Origin: Thermoproteota archaeon
GTDB lineage: Archaea > Thermoproteota > EX4484-205 > JAAOZP01
Reading direction: 5' to 3'
Length of the DNA stretch: 14,661 nt
Assembly (NCBI GenBank): GCA_049700215.1
Contig: JBNAVT010000037.1
Coordinates: forward strand, 1-14,661
Below are positions 1 to 6,372 of this stretch, one piece after another. The position numbers were made by a program, and so were the translations under genes. Each line of letters begins with the position of its first letter. Positions within the stretch are counted from its first letter, which is position 1. The notes beneath the pieces were generated by a model, which was given only the letters and a program-made list of their open reading frames with translations, did not search any database and had not been told where the DNA came from.

Positions 1-390
<390 letters not shown>

Positions 391-431
391 GTTGGAACAG
401 GTGAAAACCTGCCTGTGACGCTTTCACAAAA

Positions 432-439
432 TTTTTAAA
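432..439 (+). promoter_or_regulatory. TATA box (TTTTTAAA) upstream of RNase P RNA
   Basis: A/T octamer centred about 26 nt upstream of the first base of the P1 helix (460-462). This is the usual archaeal TATA-to-start spacing. Confidence 0.6.
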
Positions 440-459
440 CGTTATTCGGAACTATGCTT

Positions 460-773
460 CAGGCAGGGGGGAAGTTGAAGGACGGGCGTCGGGTCCGAAG
501 AGGGCCTGGGGAAACTCCCTTCTTGGTGCGGGTGCTGCAGCGCCGCGAGGCGCAGGGGGAGACCCCTAGGCTGAGACAGAAACGAAGCCCCTCCGGGAGG
601 AATGTGGATGAAGAATACTGACGACTCCTGGAACGGGCGTGAAACGGGCTCAGCCTGCAGCAAGCAAGGCCGAACAGGCCAGGTGAGTAACCCGCATGAT
701 GGCCAGGTGGGCCGCTTAGTCGAATCCCGTCTCGAACAGAAAAGGGGTTACTCTCAACATCCCCCCTGCCTGT
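460..773 (+). ncRNA. rnpB: RNase P RNA (archaeal type A-like, ~313 nt)
   Basis: P1 is 13 bp: CAGGCAGGGGGGA (460-472) with UCCCCCCUGCCUG (760-772). P2 pairs GACGGG (481-486) with CCCGUC (726-731). P3 is a hairpin, GGGUCC (491-496) / GGGCCU (502-507). A CR-I-like GGGGAAACUCCC lies at 508-519 and a CR-V/J2-4-like AACAGAAAA at 735-743. P4 pairs AAC(U)CCC (513-519) with GGGGUU (744-749); it keeps the bulged U and shows one compensatory G-C to C-G swap relative to the consensus as I remember it. GCAAGCAAGGCCGAACAGG (659-677) and GGCCGCUUAGUCGAAUCCCGUC (709-731) resemble conserved M1-type strings. Confidence 0.85.
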
Positions 774-1228
774 ACGCTCTGCATTTCCACGAGGATGATC
801 CTAGGAAGTGCACAACCCTCGTTTTGAAGAAGCACGGCATGATTAAGGTGGTTTCGAAAATATCCCGGGTCCCTAAGCGCTCCATAATCTTAAACCCTGA
901 GGCCACGGTTACGCTTTCACCCGGGGACAGGGAGATTGCGGTGAAGCATGGGATAACAGTCATAGACACCTCCTGGAAATCCGCAGACAACAGTGTCTTC
1001 CACCTTCTTAAAGCACCGTTTCAGAGGAGGCTGCCTAGGCTGCTGGCGGCGAACCCTGTTAACTACGGTTCTCCGAGCATTCTCTCAAGCGCTGAAGCCC
1101 TGGCCGCAGCCCTCTTCATACTCGGTTTCCCAGAGCAGGCCTTAAGCATTCTTTCAAAGTTCAAATGGGGCGGCTCCTTCATACAGCTTAACCGTGAGCT
1201 GTTGGAGAATAGTCGTCCTGAAACCTAG
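707..1228 (+). CDS. tsr3: Tsr3-type 16S rRNA aminocarboxypropyltransferase (DUF367); start uncertain
   Basis: The translation LYALHFHEDDPRKCTTLVLKKHG...VIDTSWKS...LLAANPVNYGSPSILSSAEALAAALFILGF...KFKWGGSFIQLN matches Tsr3 from about nt 770 onward. The only in-frame ATG/GTG/TTG codons upstream of the conserved DDPxKCT motif are GTG 707 and ATG 602/608. All three lie inside the RNase P RNA gene. Confidence 0.8.
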   Translation: MGRLVESRLEQKRGYSQHPPCLYALHFHEDDPRKCTTLVLKKHGMIKVVSKISRVPKRSIILNPEATVTLSPGDREIAVKHGITVIDTSWKSADNSVFHLLKAPFQRRLPRLLAANPVNYGSPSILSSAEALAAALFILGFPEQALSILSKFKWGGSFIQLNRELLENSRPET

Positions 1229-1232
1229 CCGA

Positions 1233-2419
1233 CTATTTTAAATCGTCCAGAGTCTTGACAACTATCTCCCTAGGCATCTTCTCAACAGTCCCTATTCTCT
1301 CGCCGACCATGATCTTCACACTCTTGCTTTGAGCCAGGTCTAGAAGCCTCTGTGAAACTATCCCGTCGAAAATAACTCCGGCAACATTGTCAAGCCCGCT
1401 CAGCCTGTCGTAAAGCTGGCTTACAGGCACCTCCTCGATAATCTCCCCATCCTCGTCTAGGAGAATCGCGGTGAAGGACTCCTTAACCCTTTCTCTAAGA
1501 GTCTTCATAACGTTCAGAAGGTTTTCAGGGGCGACAGGCTTAGCCGCCGCCTGCAGAGTAGCTAGATAAGTGTTCACGTCAACCCTCCTGCCTATCATGT
1601 CAAGGATTTCAATCGGCTTCATCTCCTCCACCTCCCTGCCCTGTGGAGCCTTGCCCACGTAGTCTATCTTAGCACCTCTTCTCAGAAGCTCTTTCACAAT
1701 CATGTCGCCAACCCTGTCTCCGTCAGCCAGCACCGTAACCTCCTTCTTTCTGTGAGTCAGGTTAACCACGTACTGGGGAATGTTCACACCGTTGGTTGCA
1801 ACAACGTTCTTAACACCCGCCTTCATGAGATTGGTTAAATCAGCCCGGCCCTCCACGATGAACAGTGTTTCACTCGCCTCCGCCTCAGGCCCGCCTTCAA
1901 CATCGGCAGCGAGACTAACTATTTTACCGACGTCGCTGACCTCGCTGACCTGGCTTATCATCTGAATCACCTCGCTCCTTTGAGAGGCCGACCACCTCTG
2001 CATAATGTCCTTGGCCCTCTCCATGATCCTCCTCCTCTTCTCCTCCCTAACGTCTTCGACACCGAGTAGTTTAAACCGGGCGTCGTAGGGCCCAACCCTC
2101 TCTATGCTTTCCAGCGTCGCTGCTAGAAGAGCCGCAGTAGGCTGGTCAAGATTATTGGGTATAGTCACGTTTCCAACCGTCTTCTTATCGTCTTTCTTCA
2201 GCTCAACTTCTATTCTCCCAAGCTTGCCGCTCTTCTGGAGCTTCTTCAGGTCGAGGGTGTCTCCGAACAGACCTTCAGTCTGTCCGAATATAGCGCCTAT
2301 AATATCGTGTTTCTGCGGGAATCTTCCCTTTTAAAGAAGATTCTCTCCACAACTCCCTCGACTTCAAACTCCACTCTAATCACGTACTTCGCAACCGGTG
2401 GGGGCTGTTCAGCACCCAT
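1233..2419 (-). CDS. dnaG: Archaeal DnaG primase-like Toprim protein, interrupted by a 32-nt BHB intron (spliced product about 384 aa)
   Basis: Exon 1 is 2419-2345 (MGAEQPPPVAKYVIRVEFEVEGVVE). Exon 2 is 2312-1233 (KHDIIGAIFGQTEGLFGDTLDLKKLQKSGKLGRIEVELKK...). The Toprim core is LFIVEGRADL ... VLADGDRVGD. A purine-rich SD-like GGAGAGGAGG lies 10-20 nt upstream of ATG 2419. The ORF track shows only 1233..2168 because the frame is broken at 2313-2344. Confidence 0.85.
2313..2344 (-). other. Bulge-helix-bulge (BHB) intron inside the dnaG coding sequence (32 nt; boundaries +/-2 nt because both bulges are AGA)
   Basis: On the minus-strand RNA the outer helix is GUU (2353-2351) / AAC (2311-2309). 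The central 4-bp helix is GUGG (2350-2347) / CCGC (2318-2315). The 3-nt bulges are AGA (2346-2344) and AGA (2314-2312). The inner 8-bp helix is GAAUCUUC (2343-2336) / GAAGAUUC (2326-2319) with a 9-nt loop. Excision removes 32 nt and restores the frame. Confidence 0.75.
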
Positions 2420-2485
2420 TTCCACCAAGCCTCCTCTCCTCTACGGATAAGCATGCTTTCATCAATCTCATAAAGCATCACCGTC

Positions 2486-2971
2486 ATGCTACTGTTCAAA
2501 GGGGATTTAAACTTTTTATCCTGGGATAAGGAGACCAAGCGGGTGCTGTTGCCCAGGCTTAGGAAAACGGCGAGCAGGCGCAACGCTGCTTCAGCAGAAT
2601 CAGTAAGCAGGATAATACGGGAGCTGAGCCTCGGCGACACGGGGCAGCTCATAGTGGTTGAGGGAGCCAAGGACAGGGAGGCACTGGTTAAACTCGGGGT
2701 TAAAACCAGGATAATGACTCTTAGACGCTTCATCAGGCTCGCCGCCACCAACTGGCTGGAGAGGGAAAGCGTTTCGGAGATAATTATCCTGACTGATTTC
2801 GACAGGAGGGGCAGGTCGCACAGCGTAAAAATAAGGAAAATCTGCTCGGGAAGAGTGAGGATTAACACGGAGTATAAGTCTAGGCTTAAGCAGGCTTTAG
2901 GAGGCTGCGCTAAGGAGGTTGAAGGCATACCCAGCTTCATCAGGGGTAAGGCTGAGCAGGAGGCTGTTTAA
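2486..2971 (+). CDS. Small Toprim-domain protein (archaeal small primase-like / RNase M5-like type)
   Basis: 161 aa with the Toprim acidic motifs IVVEGAKDREALVKLGV and IIILTDFDRRGR. A T5 run (2988-2992) lies just downstream of the stop. The antisense ORF 2380..2940 is a low-complexity shadow. Confidence 0.75.
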   Translation: MLLFKGDLNFLSWDKETKRVLLPRLRKTASRRNAASAESVSRIIRELSLGDTGQLIVVEGAKDREALVKLGVKTRIMTLRRFIRLAATNWLERESVSEIIILTDFDRRGRSHSVKIRKICSGRVRINTEYKSRLKQALGGCAKEVEGIPSFIRGKAEQEAV

Positions 2972-3151
2972 GCTCGGCCTGACGTCCTTTTTCACAGCAT
3001 GCTTACTGCATGCTCCGAGGCTTCTTAAACCGAGCTCTGCTGTTTCGCCGTCCTGGGTCCTCCTCCCTCACAGCAGAGCTTAAGCCCTATGCTCGGTTAG
3101 ATCCGCTTTCGGACGGCTCGTCTAGGATAAGCCTCCGCATGCTTTTAAGCT

Positions 3152-3589
3152 TTAACGCTTTAAAAAACCCTTCTCGTCAACCTCGCCCATTCTAACCCTG
3201 GTGCTGGATATGGGTTCGGAATCCTCAGCCTCCAGGAGGGGAGCTAGAAGAACCTCCAGGGGGGGTAAGCCTTTTTCACGCCTAATCCTGTTTATAAGCA
3301 GCCCGTTTCCCAGTGTGGGGAAGGTCACCAGCAGGGCTCCCTCCTCCAGGGTCGCCGCGGGACCGGCGAAATCATCCAGCTTCAAAACCAGGCTCCTGCA
3401 CCCGATGCTCCTTAGAAAACCCGAAACCTTCTGGAAGCGCTCTGCGAAAGCCTCAACCATGTGGGGCTTGCCGGCTGCAAACTCGTCTGAAGCAACCCCG
3501 ACGATCACGCTCCTGCCCAAGGCTGCTGCCAACCCTAGGAGGAGCATGTGCCCCCTGTGAAACCTGTCGAAAGTACCGCCCAGTATCAC
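3152..3589 (-). CDS. coaD: Phosphopantetheine adenylyltransferase (archaeal cytidylyltransferase-family PPAT)
   Basis: N-terminal GGTFDRFHRGH (HxGH nucleotidyltransferase signature) and C-terminal ISSTRVR motif, 145 aa. GTG start at 3589 with GAGG about 7 nt upstream. Confidence 0.75.
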   Translation of the reverse strand: MILGGTFDRFHRGHMLLLGLAAALGRSVIVGVASDEFAAGKPHMVEAFAERFQKVSGFLRSIGCRSLVLKLDDFAGPAATLEEGALLVTFPTLGNGLLINRIRREKGLPPLEVLLAPLLEAEDSEPISSTRVRMGEVDEKGFLKR

Positions 3590-3605
3590 CGTCTTCCTCT
3601 TGACA

Positions 3606-4571
3606 ATGGTTAGGGAACCCCCGGAAACCCATTTAAAGCCTTCCCCCGGAATTGGAAGCCGGCTGTTGAACGAGGAGGAGAAGGAGAAATACTTTGCAGC
3701 AGGCGAGATCGCCAGGAGGGTTAAGAAGGAGGCTCGTCAACGGGTTAAGGCTGGAGCGAGGCTCGTAGACCTTTGCGAGGAAATAGAGGATCGCATAAGG
3801 CAGCTCGGCGGCCAACCGGCTTTCCCCTGCAACATAGGGTTGAACGAGGTTGCGGCCCACTTCACACCGCCCCCGGGGTTTGGAGGCGAGGTTCCAGAGG
3901 GCTCGCTGGTTAAAGTGGATCTTGGTGTTCACGTTGACGGCTGCATTGTAGACACCGCGTTCACAATACCGCTCTCCCAGGTGGACAGGGAGATGGTTGA
4001 GACTGCTGAGAAAAGCCTTGAAAAAGCATCCAGCGTGCTGAGAAGCGGTGTTAAAATCAGCCAGGTCGGCGAGGCTGTTGAAAACACGGTTAAGTCGAGA
4101 GGCTTCAGGGTGATAAGAAACCTGACCGGCCACCAGATAGATCGTTTCAACCTTCACGCGGGGCTTTCAATCCCGAATCTTAAAACGTTCAGCGCTGAGA
4201 AGCTTAGGAGAGGCATGGTTGTGGCGATAGAGCCCTTCGTGACGCTGGCCGACGGTGCGGGCGAGGTCGGCGAGGCCAGTCAAGTCTACATCTATCGCTT
4301 CAAAAACTTCCCCGTAGAATACAAGGGAAGGTTCAGCAGCAGGGTTGAGAGAATGCAGAGCACGTTCAGAACCCTCCCGTTCTGCGAAAGATGGTTTTCA
4401 AGCCTCTTCAAGGAGGCTGGTGAAAGCGTCTTCAACAATATTGTTGGAGACCTGGGTAAAAACCTGGTTTCCTACCCGGTTCTGGTTGAGAGGAGCGGGA
4501 GGAAGATAGCTCAGGCCGAGGATACTTTCCTGATACTTGAGGACTCTGCTGTAAACCTGACTACAGGCTAG
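3606..4571 (+). CDS. map: Methionine aminopeptidase, type 2 (archaeal)
   Basis: GGQPAFPCNIGLNEVAAHFTP, KVDLGVHVDGCIVDTAFT, NLTGHQIDRFNLHAG, VVAIEPF and AQAEDTFLI are the metal-ligand blocks of archaeal MetAP2. The start is ambiguous: ATG 3606 (TTG 3600) or TTG 3666. TTG 3666 gives an N-terminus colinear with Pyrococcus-type MetAP (NEEEKEKYFAAGEIARRV). Confidence 0.88.
   Translation: MVREPPETHLKPSPGIGSRLLNEEEKEKYFAAGEIARRVKKEARQRVKAGARLVDLCEEIEDRIRQLGGQPAFPCNIGLNEVAAHFTPPPGFGGEVPEGSLVKVDLGVHVDGCIVDTAFTIPLSQVDREMVETAEKSLEKASSVLRSGVKISQVGEAVENTVKSRGFRVIRNLTGHQIDRFNLHAGLSIPNLKTFSAEKLRRGMVVAIEPFVTLADGAGEVGEASQVYIYRFKNFPVEYKGRFSSRVERMQSTFRTLPFCERWFSSLFKEAGESVFNNIVGDLGKNLVSYPVLVERSGRKIAQAEDTFLILEDSAVNLTTG
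3632..3637. promoter_or_regulatory. Palindromic TATA element (TTTAAA), possibly shared by divergent coaD and map
   Basis: This is the only TATA-like element between or near the two divergent starts. It lies about 27 nt from a predicted minus-strand start near 3608 (coaD, 19-nt leader with GAGG). It lies about 27 nt from a predicted plus-strand start near 3661 (just before TTG 3666). Confidence 0.4.
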
Positions 4572-4990
4572 TAGCGCTCCTCCTGCCGCCCACCCTCCAA
4601 GTATATTGCTGTGATAACCATCCTGTTTTCGACACCAGTGTCCTGGCTCTTGGGACACCGGGGGCACTCCCCACCGTATCCGTAAACATAGTCCCCCTCG
4701 CGGAAAGGCCTGACAGCCTTATAGCTGCATTTCGAGCATTCTTCAACCGTTAAAACAACTATCTTCCTCTCCTTCAGCATTTTCTGCACGCTAACCTGGT
4801 ATCTTCTTATCATGTAGAATGTTGAAACCAGTCCGGTTAAACCGGTCATTATGAAAAGCATGTTCGTAAAACTGTCATTCCTACCGGTGCCCGTGACCCC
4901 TTGAACAAGAAGGATCAGCGAGAAAAGAATGAGTAGGCCAAGCAGGAAGAAGTAGAACGGGACTAAAAGACTAGCCGGGCTTTTCTCCAC
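4568..4990 (-). CDS. Small membrane protein with a C-terminal zinc ribbon
   Basis: Two hydrophobic helices (LLVPFYFFLLGLLILFSLILLV and MLFIMTGLTGLVSTFYMI) are followed by CSKC...CPRC. GTG 4990 is preceded at 9-nt spacing by GGAGG (5000-5004), which overlaps the TAG stop of the upstream gene and suggests translational coupling. The longest ORF starts at TTG 5032. Confidence 0.6.
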   Translation of the reverse strand: MEKSPASLLVPFYFFLLGLLILFSLILLVQGVTGTGRNDSFTNMLFIMTGLTGLVSTFYMIRRYQVSVQKMLKERKIVVLTVEECSKCSYKAVRPFREGDYVYGYGGECPRCPKSQDTGVENRMVITAIYLEGGRQEERY

Positions 4991-5003
4991 TGCCCTCAGC
5001 CTC

Positions 5004-6107
5004 CTACTGGGCGATGCCCATCGTGTTGCCAACGCCTATCACCATCACCGTGTCGCCTTCGGAAGACTTCTCAACTATCCTTTTTAAAAGAAGCTGATGC
5101 GCCTCCTCAACCCCGCTGAGAACATCCTTGGTCATCGGCGTGATCGCCTCTTTCAAAGACATTTTTATAATCATCCCGTAGAGAGGAATCGCCTTCCTGG
5201 TCGCAACCTCCTCAATCTTGTATTTTTCAGTGCCTATTCCACCGATGATTGCTCCAACGCCTTCAGCAATGCTCCCGGTTTTCTCACCCTCCAGCTTGAG
5301 CCCAGCGTCCACCATGAATATTATTTTGAAACTCTCTTTTTCACTAAGCTTCATCAAAGCATCCCCGGGAGTACCCACAGCCCCTCCAGGGCCCTTGGCC
5401 TTCATAAAGTATACTCTCCTCCCCTGAATATTCTTAACAGTGTACACGTTGTCCCTCTCAATGTCAAGCATCTCGCCGCCCCTCATCAGGCGGGCTGCGA
5501 CAAGCGCTCCAGCTCCGTCGCCAATCGGCTGGCCGCTTGAAAAAGCCTGCAGCGCCCCAAGGTAGGCCTCAGCCTCCATCATCACCTGCGGGAGAATAGC
5601 CTGCAGCTGTATTATCAGAATATAGCTTGAAGTCTTCTTGCTCAGAATGTAGTAGTGTCTAACAACCTTATAATAGTAGTTTAAAGCATAGGATGCTTCG
5701 AAAAGATTCATTATGTTTAAAACCTGGCTTTCGTCGAGACCAGGAATTATCTGTTTTATCTCGCCCCTAACCCTGTCCTCCGCCGTCTTAACTATGTGGT
5801 CGAGCTTCCAAACCACCCCGGCTGGATCCATGTCAACCGGGGGAATGGTTACGAACTCGAGATAATTATCAAGGAAACTGTTTATCTCTTCCCTGCCGTA
5901 TTTCTTCAGCTTATCCTTAGTGAACTTTACGGACTCGTCTCTCATCAAGCGTAGTCTTTCAAGAGCATACTCGATGTCTCGAAGCCGGATGATAGTCTGT
6001 ATTTTCTCACCCCAGAACACGAGCGCTAGGAACATCGCCATGTAGAGTATGTTGATTATGTAGCCGATGTCCGTATTGTCCTGTCCTAGGAACAATAGTG
6101 TTTGCAT
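5004..6107 (-). CDS. Conserved archaeal protein of unknown function, resembles DUF1512 (~370 aa, N-terminal TM helix)
   Basis: 367-aa ORF with an N-terminal hydrophobic segment (IGYIINILYMAMFLALVFW). Length and overall character fit the archaeal-only DUF1512 family as I remember it. A TATA-like CTTAAATA lies at about 6143-6152 on the minus strand. The antisense ORFs 5097..5540 and 5218..5427 are shadows. Confidence 0.6.
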   Translation of the reverse strand: MQTLLFLGQDNTDIGYIINILYMAMFLALVFWGEKIQTIIRLRDIEYALERLRLMRDESVKFTKDKLKKYGREEINSFLDNYLEFVTIPPVDMDPAGVVWKLDHIVKTAEDRVRGEIKQIIPGLDESQVLNIMNLFEASYALNYYYKVVRHYYILSKKTSSYILIIQLQAILPQVMMEAEAYLGALQAFSSGQPIGDGAGALVAARLMRGGEMLDIERDNVYTVKNIQGRRVYFMKAKGPGGAVGTPGDALMKLSEKESFKIIFMVDAGLKLEGEKTGSIAEGVGAIIGGIGTEKYKIEEVATRKAIPLYGMIIKMSLKEAITPMTKDVLSGVEEAHQLLLKRIVEKSSEGDTVMVIGVGNTMGIAQ

Positions 6108-6190
6108 CTATCTTTACGCCGCTGGTTTTCCAGCCTGAGAATATTTAAGCCTTTAATGGGAATTTTACGCTTGATTAACAATCCGGGTGG

Positions 6191-6332
6191 ATGGTTACCG
6201 GCTTTCAAGCCTCGCGTGGCCGAAGACCACACTAATGTTTGAAACGGAGCCGTGTTTAACTTCCGTGTTCGGAACGGCTCCGCGGGTTTCCCCTGTACGG
6301 GTGTTTCCACGGCTCCTATGGCCGGTAACCGG
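6191..6332 (-). rRNA. rrf: 5S rRNA (stand-alone gene) with a 17-nt insert in loop C
   Basis: Helix I is 10 bp, 6330-6321 with 6202-6193. Helix II pairs GAGCCGUG with CACGGCUC. Conserved strings: GGAAACACCCGU ... UUCCGAACACGGAAGUUAAAC. The gene is about 140 nt, against about 123 nt once the insert is removed. Confidence 0.85.
6278..6294 (-). other. 17-nt BHB-flanked insert (candidate mini-intron) in 5S rRNA loop C
   Basis: The central 4-bp helix is CCGU (6300-6297) / GCGG (6283-6280). The bulges are ACA (6296-6294) and AGC (6279-6277). The inner stem is GGG/CCC closed by a GAAA tetraloop (6293-6284). The outer helix is weak. Removal leaves a 13-nt loop C, ACCCGUUCCGAAC, the same length as in canonical crenarchaeal 5S rRNA. 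Confidence 0.5.
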
Positions 6333-6353
6333 GAGGGAGGGAGAGAGCCCCAC

Positions 6354-6360
6354 TATTAAA
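6354..6360 (-). promoter_or_regulatory. TATA box (TTTAATA) for 5S rRNA
   Basis: Located about 25-28 nt upstream of the first helix I nucleotide (6332) on the minus strand. Confidence 0.55.
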
Positions 6361-6372
6361 TTTTTCTCCCGC

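Noticed and set aside
2297-2333. Programmed -1 ribosomal frameshift or a simple pseudogene as the explanation for the broken dnaG frame
   Set aside because: There is no slippery heptamer in the 31-nt overlap window. A frameshift would insert about 10 residues where DnaG homologues, as I remember them, have none. The break coincides exactly with a complete BHB motif whose excision restores the conserved spacing. A sequencing indel cannot be fully excluded.
2420-2470. UGAUGA (2464-2459, minus strand) followed 46 nt later by CUGA inside the dnaG start region, as a possible C/D-box sRNA
   Set aside because: There are no internal D'/C' boxes and no terminal stem. The CUGA lies inside dnaG codons 3-5, so this is most likely chance.
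2380-2940. Long antisense or alternative-frame ORFs: 2380..2940, 2600..2821, 3201..3560, 3313..3603, 3633..4157, 5097..5540, 6529..6810, 7277..7555, 7874..8293, 7999..8304, 9335..9634, 10163..10423, 10663..10920, 11118..11384, 13079..13360
   Set aside because: Each lies opposite or out of frame to a gene with clear family motifs. Their translations are low-complexity (Ser/Leu/Pro/Arg-rich), typical of shadow ORFs.
4568-4571. Convergent map and Zn-ribbon genes share the palindrome CTAG, so their stop codons overlap
   Set aside because: Real, but a trivial consequence of TAG stops on both strands. No functional implication is evident.
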